A DNA stretch of 49,177 nucleotides from Gammaproteobacteria bacterium (lineage in GTDB: Bacteria; Pseudomonadota; Gammaproteobacteria; Pseudomonadales; UBA6940): the NCBI GenBank assembly GCA_038135915.1, contig JAYPYM010000001.1:1-49177 (forward strand). Reading direction: 5' to 3'. Positions within the stretch are counted from its first letter, which is position 1. Each line of letters opens with the position of its first letter. Shown here one piece after another: positions 18,517 to 27,561 of the stretch. Position numbers and translations under genes: made by a program. The notes under the pieces were generated by a model. That model ran no database searches. It was not told the origin of the DNA and saw nothing but the letters and a program-made list of their open reading frames with translations.

Positions 18517-19182
18517 GTGGAAATTACAAAAGATCAAATCAATCGGGGTCAGGCCATATACACGCCAATTAATCTTTTTTTATATGATTTCGTAGTATTG
18601 AAGGTTTCCAATAGTTTTATTTGGAAATGTCCAACGAGAAAAATCAATAAGCTTTTTAAAGAAAATTTGACTAAAAACCATCTAGATGTAGGTGTTGGTA
18701 CAGGAACGCTTCTTATTGACAATATCACCGACAAAACTACCAGAATCGGATTGTTGGATATTAACAGCACTGTATTAGAGACCGCTAGTAATCGGCTGCG
18801 TAAAAAAGGCTTTACACCAGAAATAATTAAGGCCGATGTGTTTGAGGTTCCTACGCCAACAATGAAACCTTTTTCGTCGGTAAGTGCCAATTATCTCTTT
18901 CATTGTATTCCTGGAAGCCCTAAAGAAAAGGTTAATTCCTTCTTCAATTGTATAGCTCCACTAGTGGAAAAGAATGCAACTGTTTTTGGTTCTACGATCT
19001 GCTGTGATCTGGATCCAAGTAGGCCAGCAAAATTATTAATGAAAACCTATCAAGACAAAGGTATTTTTAATAATCAGGCTGATACTCTTGATGAGTTGAC
19101 TTCTGCATTATCAGAAAAATTAGATGACTTCTTCTGCGAGTCTATTGGTTCAGTTCTTTTATTTAGAGGTAAAATTTCATAA
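18517..19182 (+). CDS. Class I SAM-dependent methyltransferase
   Basis: 221 aa with a GTG start and GGGGA upstream. Motif I is LDVGVGTG. Confidence 0.75.
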   Translation: MEITKDQINRGQAIYTPINLFLYDFVVLKVSNSFIWKCPTRKINKLFKENLTKNHLDVGVGTGTLLIDNITDKTTRIGLLDINSTVLETASNRLRKKGFTPEIIKADVFEVPTPTMKPFSSVSANYLFHCIPGSPKEKVNSFFNCIAPLVEKNATVFGSTICCDLDPSRPAKLLMKTYQDKGIFNNQADTLDELTSALSEKLDDFFCESIGSVLLFRGKIS

Positions 19183-21560
19183 TGAGAGTAGCAGTATCAT
19201 TATTAACTATTTTAGTTTGCACGCCCTTAGAATTATTTGCACAGAAAGAGGTTCATGTTTTAGATGAGGTGATTGTTTCAACTAATAGAGTTGAGCAAAG
19301 TAAGCACGATGTAAATGGAACACTGCATGTTGTTGATGAAATCGAGCTAAAAGATTATGGGGTTTATGGGGTCGAGAAAATTTCAGAGGCGACGCCAAAT
19401 TTTTCAATTATAAGAACTGCACTATCAACCCAAATTTCAATGCGAGGTGTTGGCGGTGGAATTAGTCAAGGATTGGATCAATCTGTTGGTCTTTTCATTG
19501 ATGACATTACGGCATCTAAAGCACAGGCCTTTCGTTTCCCGCTATTTGATGTAAATAGAATAGAGCTGGCGCCAGGCGCACAATCAACTAATCAGGGTGT
19601 AAATACAATTGCAGGTTCTATACAGGTATATTCGAATAAACCTGAAGTTGGTGAGTTCGGTTCAGTATCCTATTCTTATGAATCCGCAAACGAAATGAAT
19701 GAGATAGCGGGATTTTATAATACAGGGACAGATAAGTTGCAGCAGAGAATAGCTTTTCGTTTGTCAAATTATTCTTCCTATATCGAAAATACACAAATAA
19801 ATGAGGATACATCAGATAGTTCTGCATTTCGCTATATTGCAGGGATTAATTTATCAGAAGCTTTGAATCTATCGATTAAGTTAGAAACTAATCAATTCAC
19901 AGAACATTTCAAATATGGAGAAATAACAAAAGATGAATCTAATTCGGTAGACCTAGGAACAAAGTATGGAATTGCCGCACTAGATGGAATCCCTTCAACA
20001 TTTAGCAATACTCTATTCTATGTTTTTGGACAGGATAGATTCGAAGATATCTACAACAACGAGAGACAAACCAATAACCCTGACCTAAGCGAAAACCAGC
20101 TTGATCAAGCAATGATAAAATTTTCTTTTGAAGGAGATCTAACTTGGGTTTCTAAGACGGGTTTTTATTCCTTAAATTATGATGAAAGGTGTGATTGTGA
20201 TTTCATTCCAACAGAGTTATCTCAATTAGATTTGTCTGATGAGTATGAGCAATTTAGTCAAGAGATAAGTTTTTCATCAAAAGGTTTTAGCAATAATGAA
20301 ACAGGGATACATGGTGGCTTGTATTATCATAATCTCAATCAAAAGTTTACTGAACAGATAAATATCAACTCGAGCAGTCTACTTGTTCCGATTGTTTCAA
20401 ACCTACTAGCTTCTGATCCAACGATCACCCCAGAGACTGCAAGTTTTCTAGCTGAGCAATTAGGGGAAACTGCATCTAGTCGAAGATTTAAACAGAAAAC
20501 AGACGTTACTTCTGCATATCTTGATGGGCGCTATGTATTTAATGACTCATTTTTCATATCTGGAAGTTTGAGGCGTACAATAACAGATAAAAGTGCAAGT
20601 AAGTCATTGAATGCAATTGATCTAAACACAGGGGATCCCCTTGCTAACGCTGTACCTAACCTTTACTTGAATATTTTTGGTATAGAAACAGAGCAGTCTA
20701 CTGGCCATAATAATGTGGGTTCTATAAAAGAAAATACCGATGACTACCGATTTGCTATAAATTATTTGCCTAAACCAAATATTAATTATTTTATGCAATA
20801 CAAGTTTGCCAATAAAGCTGGAGGTTTTGATCCGCTTTCAAATATTGAAGATTTTTTTGAATTTGATGGAGAAGAAGTCGATACATATGAGCTTGGCGTT
20901 AAATTAAAAAACAATGATTTATCATTATCTGGAGTACTTTTTTACTCTGATTTCAGTGGATTGCAAACCTCTCAGTTTGATGGTTCATCGGGCTTTACGA
21001 TTGGAAATATTGACCGTACTGTTTCGCAAGGGTTTGAACTAAATGCATCAAAGTTATTTGGAAATCTAAGAATAGATACATCGCTTTCGTATAATGATAT
21101 GGAATATCGAGACTTTAAGAATGGTAATTGTTATTTTGGACAAACTCCTGATGGAGAGGACAGAAACGGCGATGGATCCGCAGATTCCTGCGACTACTCT
21201 GGCAAGCAAGCACTGTTCACTCCCCGCTTTTCGGGATCATTAAAGGTTGCAAAAGAGGATTTAATAGAGGATTGGCTATTAAACTATGGATTTCAATCCA
21301 TCTATAATAGTAAAACAAATGTCCATAGTAATTACGACCCAGATGGAATTCAAAGTGCTTATTCAATAGAAAATATTTTCTTTAGCGCTATGCAAAATGA
21401 TTTAACGCTTCAATTAAATGTAAACAATATATTCGATAAAAAGGTGATCTATTATTCTGGTAACGCTCCGCTATCCACTATAATTGCACAGTCCAAGACG
21501 TTTAATTCAGTTCATAACAGCCCTCGCAGCGCTGTACTTTCCATTTCTTATGAGTTCTAG
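19182..21560 (+). CDS. TonB-dependent outer-membrane receptor
   Basis: 792 aa with a signal peptide, a plug-like N-terminus (LDEVIVSTNRVEQS), a long beta-barrel-like body and a terminal ...SISYEF. Its start overlaps the methyltransferase stop (TAATG). Confidence 0.85.
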   Translation: MRVAVSLLTILVCTPLELFAQKEVHVLDEVIVSTNRVEQSKHDVNGTLHVVDEIELKDYGVYGVEKISEATPNFSIIRTALSTQISMRGVGGGISQGLDQSVGLFIDDITASKAQAFRFPLFDVNRIELAPGAQSTNQGVNTIAGSIQVYSNKPEVGEFGSVSYSYESANEMNEIAGFYNTGTDKLQQRIAFRLSNYSSYIENTQINEDTSDSSAFRYIAGINLSEALNLSIKLETNQFTEHFKYGEITKDESNSVDLGTKYGIAALDGIPSTFSNTLFYVFGQDRFEDIYNNERQTNNPDLSENQLDQAMIKFSFEGDLTWVSKTGFYSLNYDERCDCDFIPTELSQLDLSDEYEQFSQEISFSSKGFSNNETGIHGGLYYHNLNQKFTEQININSSSLLVPIVSNLLASDPTITPETASFLAEQLGETASSRRFKQKTDVTSAYLDGRYVFNDSFFISGSLRRTITDKSASKSLNAIDLNTGDPLANAVPNLYLNIFGIETEQSTGHNNVGSIKENTDDYRFAINYLPKPNINYFMQYKFANKAGGFDPLSNIEDFFEFDGEEVDTYELGVKLKNNDLSLSGVLFYSDFSGLQTSQFDGSSGFTIGNIDRTVSQGFELNASKLFGNLRIDTSLSYNDMEYRDFKNGNCYFGQTPDGEDRNGDGSADSCDYSGKQALFTPRFSGSLKVAKEDLIEDWLLNYGFQSIYNSKTNVHSNYDPDGIQSAYSIENIFFSAMQNDLTLQLNVNNIFDKKVIYYSGNAPLSTIIAQSKTFNSVHNSPRSAVLSISYEF

Positions 21561-21566
21561 GTTCTT

Positions 21567-23489
21567 ATGAGTTACAAACTACTTCGCTGTTTGGTTGGAA
21601 TATGTTCTTTTTTTTTGGCAGGGTATTTATTCGCTGAGCCGAATTCGATTAGCTTAGATAGTGGATATGTACAGCTAACAGATATCAATGTCATGAGTTT
21701 TATCGATCAAAGCGGTGATTTAGATATTGAGTCAATTGATACCGAGATCGAGTTTAGTAAGCCAAGTTCAAGTAAATTAAACTTCGGTCAGCGTAGTGAT
21801 GTGGTTTGGTTGAAAATGAAAGTCGATCCACAAAATTATAATGAACCATCTTTTTTTCTATTCCAAAAATTCCAGTTTGTAGGGAAAATTGATCTCTTCT
21901 ACAAGGATTCTGAAGGCAATTTCATTAATATTGCATATGATAAAAAGGAAGGGATATCTAAACGTCCATTTCAATTACGCACCATAACTTTTGAAGTGCC
22001 AACACCAAAAGAGACAACTGATATTTACATTAGAGCTGATAGTGGTGGAAATCTACTGGTTCTAGATATGCATGTTGCAAGTAAAAAAGAGTTTATTGAA
22101 TACACATCAGAGGGGGAGTTTGGATTCGGTCTTTTCTATGGAGCGATTCTAATAATGTGTCTATACAATACTTTCTTATGGGTATCTACGAGGGAGAGCA
22201 TTTATGGTTACTATGTCTACTATGTGATCACTTTAATGCTAGTATTTATCTATCTTAATGGATATGCACACACGTTCTTCAACTTTCCCGCGATTTATGA
22301 AAGGTACTTCATAGTATTTTTAATTATTGTTTACCATGCAATGATTCTATTTACGCGAAAACTTTTGGATATAAAGTCTTCTCACCCTAAGCACGATAAA
22401 TATTATCTTGTATTACAAAATTCTATTTTGGCTATTTCTCTATTAGCATTTGTTTTTTTCCCGCAGTATATAAGTGCTAAAATTAGTGCGGCCTTAACAC
22501 CGATTATTATGGTTTCACTCATATACGCTGGTGTTATAAAAGCTCTACAAAGAGTTGTTTATGCCTATTATTTTCTGTTTGGTTGGGGTTTTATATTGGT
22601 ATCTGCTGTGGGCTCGGGTTTAATTACGGCAGGAATAATTCAAAAGAGTGCGCTAGTGTATAATGCATTACAACTCTCGGCGTTATGGGAGCTAACTATG
22701 TTTTCTCTCGCTGTTGCGAGAAAAAGTAAAGAGTATAAGGAGATGATGAATTCAGCTAAAAATATATCTCAAGAAAACCAACGTTTATCCGCTTATTACA
22801 ATAGCTTAATCGAGGATGAGCGGGCAGAAATCTCAAGACATCTTCATGATAGTGTCAGCAGTCATGCGGTTACTCTTAAACTATGGATAGATAATCTGAA
22901 GAACAGAGAAGTTAGTAATATGGCTATCTCTCAGGATGAGATTGTTTTTGCAGAAAAACAGGTCAATACAATATACGATAATGTAAGATCGGTTTCCAGA
23001 AGTTTACGACCTGAAAGCTTAGATGTTTTAGGTATTTCGTCAACCATCGAGATGCTTGTGAATGATAATAAGGTTGCTTATCCAGCTTGTGATATATCAT
23101 TATTTATTTCGGATGAGATTAATCGATTACCGAATGAGGTGGTAATAAATATTTACAGGATCGTACAAGAGGCATTGACGAATATCAATAAGCATGCAAA
23201 GGCAACCCTTGTGACTATATTAATTCAATCGTCAGATGATGAAATAACTATTCTCATTAGAGATAATGGTGTTGGTATTAAAGATTTAAGTAATGTGTCC
23301 GGTATTGGACTAATATCTATGAAGGCGCGGGCAAATCAGTTACATGGTACTTTTAATATTGATTCGGATCAATCTGAAGGTACTTCCATAACTGTCCGGT
23401 TCCCTGATCCAATTTCATTAGCAGCAACCTCAAGGGACAAGGTTGTTCCTGAGTCCAGAGAAACAGTTGCGGCCATAGAGAACGAATAA
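21567..23489 (+). CDS. 7TM-DISM-type sensor histidine kinase (HisKA_3 + HATPase)
   Basis: 640 aa with a signal peptide plus periplasmic domain and seven hydrophobic segments. H-box is EDERAEISRHLHDSV. N/G boxes are EALTNINKHAKA and DNGVGI...GIGLISM. Confidence 0.85.
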   Translation: MSYKLLRCLVGICSFFLAGYLFAEPNSISLDSGYVQLTDINVMSFIDQSGDLDIESIDTEIEFSKPSSSKLNFGQRSDVVWLKMKVDPQNYNEPSFFLFQKFQFVGKIDLFYKDSEGNFINIAYDKKEGISKRPFQLRTITFEVPTPKETTDIYIRADSGGNLLVLDMHVASKKEFIEYTSEGEFGFGLFYGAILIMCLYNTFLWVSTRESIYGYYVYYVITLMLVFIYLNGYAHTFFNFPAIYERYFIVFLIIVYHAMILFTRKLLDIKSSHPKHDKYYLVLQNSILAISLLAFVFFPQYISAKISAALTPIIMVSLIYAGVIKALQRVVYAYYFLFGWGFILVSAVGSGLITAGIIQKSALVYNALQLSALWELTMFSLAVARKSKEYKEMMNSAKNISQENQRLSAYYNSLIEDERAEISRHLHDSVSSHAVTLKLWIDNLKNREVSNMAISQDEIVFAEKQVNTIYDNVRSVSRSLRPESLDVLGISSTIEMLVNDNKVAYPACDISLFISDEINRLPNEVVINIYRIVQEALTNINKHAKATLVTILIQSSDDEITILIRDNGVGIKDLSNVSGIGLISMKARANQLHGTFNIDSDQSEGTSITVRFPDPISLAATSRDKVVPESRETVAAIENE

Positions 23490-23729
23490 AAGTCATACGA
23501 GTTAAGGTTTCTTAAAACTTTAGTTCAGTCAATGGCCTTTCTGTGAGAAAATCAATGTTTGAAGAGAGTCCATGGGCAATGGTGTAGAAGGCTCGGCTCG
23601 GCGCTTCCAATAATAATAATTGACCCACGGGGTGTAATCGAAAACTACCCTCCCGAGGAGAAGGTAGACCCGGTTTACTGGGAACACACTCCCCCAGGGG
23701 CTGTCTCCCTCAATGACTCAATTTTTCAT

Positions 23730-24770
23730 TTAATCATCATCTTTCTCTTGATGAGTGATCAATTTCAATTCTTTTTGAGCAATTCTCAAGTTCTCAACAG
23801 CAGAACGCAAGCTTTCAATTTCTTCAGAGCCTTCTGAATCATCTTCTGATTCTGGAGGGATACAATCCACCTCTCCGCCTTTTTTATGAAAATCAAGTAA
23901 TTTAGAAATAGCTTTATGCAAAGCTGACTCTTTCTCTCCGTCTTTGTTTTTTTTGATGCATTGGAGAGTTTTTTCTTTAATATGCTCTACAGATTTTTCA
24001 GTAATAGAATTAATCTGGCTTTCTATACCTTTTTCTATTTGATCATTAATTAGTCTCTTCTTCCTCAAATCCTCTCTACTAGACTGTAGCTCAGTGAGCT
24101 TTAGTGTTGTCCCAATTATTTCGTTGACAATACTAGTAATTATTTTTGCCACAGTAAGAGCTACCCCAAGCTCAATAATAATTGACCCTTTAGAAGCGCC
24201 TAACACTTGAACACTTTCTGGGGCATCGCCAACTGACATTGTAATTCCTCTTGCAATGTCGTGCCATGTAGAAGCCCAAGCCTTCCATTCTACTATGTTA
24301 GTAATTGACGCATCATCTTTAAATTCAACTCGTAGCAATGCGATGCCGTCCTCAATTTTTGTGTCTTCAAGCCCTTCAATTTTAATTCCACTAAACGCTT
24401 CCATTATTCTTTCCGAACGGCGAATTGCCTCATCTAATGCGTGCTTAGCTTTTGACACATCTTGAGTAGCTGTAGCCGAGTCAATCCCTGTTTTTGACTC
24501 TACTTTCTTCAGAAAGTTAACTCCATTTTTTCCTAGGTAACTAAGCGCACCCAAATTTTCAAGCATTCTAATTTGCGACATTGAAAGAGTATGTAAGCTC
24601 ATCCCTCTTAGAGATTTCTTTAACTTTGATAAATCCTCTTCTAATGGCTTTTGCTGGGGGTGTGATGAGTTGTGCTGCAATATACCGTAGACCAATTCAT
24701 ATTGGCTGACTACAGATCTTGCTTCTGATGTTATCCACTTCGATAGCTTTAACAGCTCTTCAATATTCAA
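23730..24770 (-). CDS. Hypothetical helical/coiled-coil protein with a central hydrophobic segment and acidic tail
   Basis: 346-aa ORF with a central GSIIIELGVALTVAKIITSIVNEIIG segment and a coiled-coil-like C-terminus ending in an acidic stretch. No family recognised. Confidence 0.6.
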   Translation of the reverse strand: MNIEELLKLSKWITSEARSVVSQYELVYGILQHNSSHPQQKPLEEDLSKLKKSLRGMSLHTLSMSQIRMLENLGALSYLGKNGVNFLKKVESKTGIDSATATQDVSKAKHALDEAIRRSERIMEAFSGIKIEGLEDTKIEDGIALLRVEFKDDASITNIVEWKAWASTWHDIARGITMSVGDAPESVQVLGASKGSIIIELGVALTVAKIITSIVNEIIGTTLKLTELQSSREDLRKKRLINDQIEKGIESQINSITEKSVEHIKEKTLQCIKKNKDGEKESALHKAISKLLDFHKKGGEVDCIPPESEDDSEGSEEIESLRSAVENLRIAQKELKLITHQEKDDD

Positions 24771-24826
24771 TGTAATCTCCCAAATTCATCTTTTTCTGTC
24801 ACCAAACTTTTAGCCTGATGATACCC

Positions 24827-24861
24827 AAAAAATAAAGGCGCATAGATTCAGTCTATGCGCC
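24827..24861 (-). terminator. Rho-independent terminator
   Basis: On the minus strand, GGCGCATAGA-CTGAA-TCTATGCGCC (perfect 10-bp stem) is followed by TTTATTTTTT, 9 nt after the micro-ORF stop. Confidence 0.8.
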
Positions 24862-24869
24862 CTACAGTG

Positions 24870-25019
24870 TTATTTCTTGTTACATCGCGTCAGAAAACAC
24901 CATGCTTTATACCCATACTCATGAGCATCAAGGATACGGCGACTATTTTTAACTCGACGAAAGCGGCAGTACACCCATTTGAAGCCAGGCGGTGCTGGTT
25001 TTGTTTGGATTTCTTGCAT
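24870..25019 (-). CDS. 49-aa basic Cys-containing micro-protein
   Basis: Below the ORF-track cutoff. My translation is MQEIQTKPAPPGFKWVYCRFRRVKNSRRILDAHEYGYKAWCFLTRCNKK. GGTGGAG lies about 8 nt upstream of the ATG and a strong terminator lies just downstream. Confidence 0.5.
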   Translation of the reverse strand: MQEIQTKPAPPGFKWVYCRFRRVKNSRRILDAHEYGYKAWCFLTRCNKK

Positions 25020-25136
25020 ATCTAATCTCCACCCGACAGAGGTAAGCGATCTGGCAGGCCTTGATTTTGAATTGGAAATCCACTAATCTATTTCTTGTGA
25101 CGGATTGAGAGAAGTGGGCTTACCATTTCCTTTAAT

Positions 25137-26243
25137 CTATAAAAAACCTGTCTTAATGGCAGGTTTTTTTATTTCATTCATAATTGATTCAAACGCATTA
25201 TTAACTAACTCATATTTTGTTGTTGCACTAGTTGCACCATAAAAAGAACTGTTTTTAAAGCCAGTCTTTATTGCCTGCAAAATACTAGAAATATTTTCTT
25301 CATCAATACTAATATTTTCAATTAATGTCTGACTAAAAACACTAGTAATGATCATCATTATGCTTGATTGAAATAGATGTGTTTTATTTTCTCCATATAT
25401 TTCCTTAGAAAATGGGTGCGAAATTCCTTCTTTTCTACAAAGCATTAAAAATTTCAAATATGCTTTAAAAAAGCTTTTTGCTTTCAAAATAAACTCTGAT
25501 ATTTCCTCTCCTTGGTCCATTTTTCTAGTTAAAGACATAATCTCATCAACATAATAGGGTGTTGCAATATGCTTTTGATTAAGTCCGTAGCAAAAAACAG
25601 AGAAGAGTGTGAATAAATCGGCATGAACCGTTTTGTCAGCATACCTTTTTTTAGCGATGTTAAAAATATCGCGATAAGTATCATCGGCTTTAAGCTCATC
25701 AACCAATTCAATTACCCAATCATTGAATTTTGAGCCAAACAATACATGTCTAATTTCTTGCTTAGACATAGGATTAGTACCTCTGTTATACCTCAAAAAG
25801 ATTTCAAGCTCTAAAGAAGGGTCATTCTGAACGTGTATGTAGTTTAGGTTCAAGCTTGTTTGTATCATTAGCTTGTTTTTAAAGGCTGGATCTAAATCTT
25901 CAAAGTATGAGCCATTCAACTCGCTCATTTTCTCTAGGCCCGTTAATTGAAAGTCTCCATTTACAAATCTGTGGATTGCCCTAAGGCGATGTTGACCATC
26001 AATCACATTTGAGACCGGAGGGTATACTTCTGTATCTGAAGCCAGATAAATCGTGGGTATAGGTATCCCCATTAATAGAGACTCTATGAGAAAGCTCTCA
26101 TCTTTTTTTGTAAACTTATATTCTCTTTGGTAGAAAGGCTTGAGTTTAATGCCGCCATTCCCCGCTTTACCTTGATCAATCTCATCGCACAACGTTTTGA
26201 TGCTAACACTGGATGAGTTGGATTGTACTTTTTGCTCTGACAC
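25137..26243 (-). CDS. DUF262 (ParB-like nuclease superfamily, GmrSD N-terminal type) protein without a recognisable HNH/DUF1524 half
   Basis: 368 aa. PFYQREYKF, VIDGQHRLRAI and FLRYNRGTNPMSKQEI match the three DUF262 signature blocks as I recall them. The C-terminal half is helical with no His-Me motif seen by eye. Confidence 0.75.
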   Translation of the reverse strand: MSEQKVQSNSSSVSIKTLCDEIDQGKAGNGGIKLKPFYQREYKFTKKDESFLIESLLMGIPIPTIYLASDTEVYPPVSNVIDGQHRLRAIHRFVNGDFQLTGLEKMSELNGSYFEDLDPAFKNKLMIQTSLNLNYIHVQNDPSLELEIFLRYNRGTNPMSKQEIRHVLFGSKFNDWVIELVDELKADDTYRDIFNIAKKRYADKTVHADLFTLFSVFCYGLNQKHIATPYYVDEIMSLTRKMDQGEEISEFILKAKSFFKAYLKFLMLCRKEGISHPFSKEIYGENKTHLFQSSIMMIITSVFSQTLIENISIDEENISSILQAIKTGFKNSSFYGATSATTKYELVNNAFESIMNEIKKPAIKTGFL

Positions 26244-26423
26244 AGAAATACCTTAGCTATTTTGGATGATTGATTATTACACCATAAGCAATAAAAGGCA
26301 ATACTAAACGTTTAGTTTTTTAAATTTAAAAAAGAAAAGACCTTTTCACGGTCACCTATCTGTACATTAAACAGGGGGTTTTTAGTGTATTTGATTAATT
26401 AAGGTGCAGATTTATCAGATAAA

Positions 26424-26454
26424 ATACTTTTAGTATCCTTAAACTAAAAGTATA
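26424..26454 (-). terminator. AT-rich perfect hairpin downstream of the repeat-protein gene (terminator or operator)
   Basis: ATACTTTTAGT-N9-ACTAAAAGTAT with 11-bp arms. On the minus strand it is followed by TTTATCTG. Confidence 0.4.
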
Positions 26455-26506
26455 AAAACACAATGTCTTTTTGATGCAAATTCTCCAGTAAATACAAAGC
26501 CGAGAG

Positions 26507-27517
26507 TTAAGCACTGGAAAACCTTCGATACTTTCCCGAGACTCCCAACCAATCGGCGTAACTAACCCACTCAGAATAGGCTTTCGAAGGATCGCTGGGA
26601 ATATCTGGTGGACATTCTCCTGATTGCGTGTAATTTATCCAATCTTGCTTGGTTTTGAGACCTAATCCCCGAGCAAAATCGCGTGCTAATTTAAAATCTC
26701 GATTAACTGTAATATCTCGATTTTTTCGATAACGTGGTACAGCGGATCCTTTGTTACCTAACCAATCTGGAAAACTAACCCACTTATTTTTATAAACTAT
26801 ATTTGGTGTCCGAGGAATATCATTTGGTAATCCACCGGATCTTGCCAGATCAAACCAATCGTCGACCGTTTTAAGATTCTGCTTTCTTGCCCAGTCCCGT
26901 GCTTCATTAAAGGTTCGGTAGGTTCTAGTTTTAGTGTCAACGTAGCCAGAGTTAAGCCAGTCACCCATACCTTTATACCCTTTATCTCGGTAAACGGAAT
27001 AAGGGTTCTTGGGAATATTGTTTGGTAGCCTGTTCTCTTTGATGTAAGCAATCCATTCCTTCTTGGTTTTCAAATTAAGTTTTTGCACAAATTTTTTAGC
27101 TTCTTCATATGGTAAGTAAGGCCCCCTGGATTTATTCATTAACCCGAGCCAATCATAATAATCTATCCAGCCCAGATCAGCATAAACCACCTCTGGACAG
27201 CTTGGAATATCATCTGGCTTTTCATCGGAGCTAGCATAGCCAGGCCAATCGGAAACTTTCTCTAGATTTAGTCTTCGGGTATACTTCCGAGCAGCATCAA
27301 ATTTTTTATACCGACCCTTTACTAAATGCCTGGTATCAGTAAGCCAATCTCGAAAACCATTCCACCCTTTATTTTTGTAGACTACCTCTGGAGTTCTTGG
27401 GATATAGGGCGGAAGTTTACCAGATTTACTGTATATTTTCCATTCAATGCTTGTTCTAAATTGGTGCTTTCGAGCGAAGGCACGAGCTTTTTTAAAAGGC
27501 CAAAATTGACTGCTCAT
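26507..27517 (-). CDS. Protein made of five tandem ~65-aa repeats (Fxx-A-R-x-x-A/V-R/Q...L-K-T...W...IP..P...Y...W.....DWLG)
   Basis: 336 aa. Five units each end in DWL(G/T/N), for example FNEARDWARKQNLKTVDDWFDLARSGGLPNDIPRTPNIVYKNKWVSFPDWLG. This resembles what databases label 'integrase repeat' proteins (from memory, unverified). Confidence 0.75.
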   Translation of the reverse strand: MSSQFWPFKKARAFARKHQFRTSIEWKIYSKSGKLPPYIPRTPEVVYKNKGWNGFRDWLTDTRHLVKGRYKKFDAARKYTRRLNLEKVSDWPGYASSDEKPDDIPSCPEVVYADLGWIDYYDWLGLMNKSRGPYLPYEEAKKFVQKLNLKTKKEWIAYIKENRLPNNIPKNPYSVYRDKGYKGMGDWLNSGYVDTKTRTYRTFNEARDWARKQNLKTVDDWFDLARSGGLPNDIPRTPNIVYKNKWVSFPDWLGNKGSAVPRYRKNRDITVNRDFKLARDFARGLGLKTKQDWINYTQSGECPPDIPSDPSKAYSEWVSYADWLGVSGKYRRFSSA

Positions 27518-27561
27518 TACTTCAAAACCATCTTCTCGGATGTTTAAATCAATTGAAAGAT

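Noticed and set aside
23559-23837. 92-aa TTG-start ORF in the GC-rich island
   Set aside because: It has no SD and a non-ATG start, overlaps the 3' end of the convergent 346-aa gene, and its C-terminal part is antisense translation of that gene. I treat it as non-coding or a possible gene fossil.
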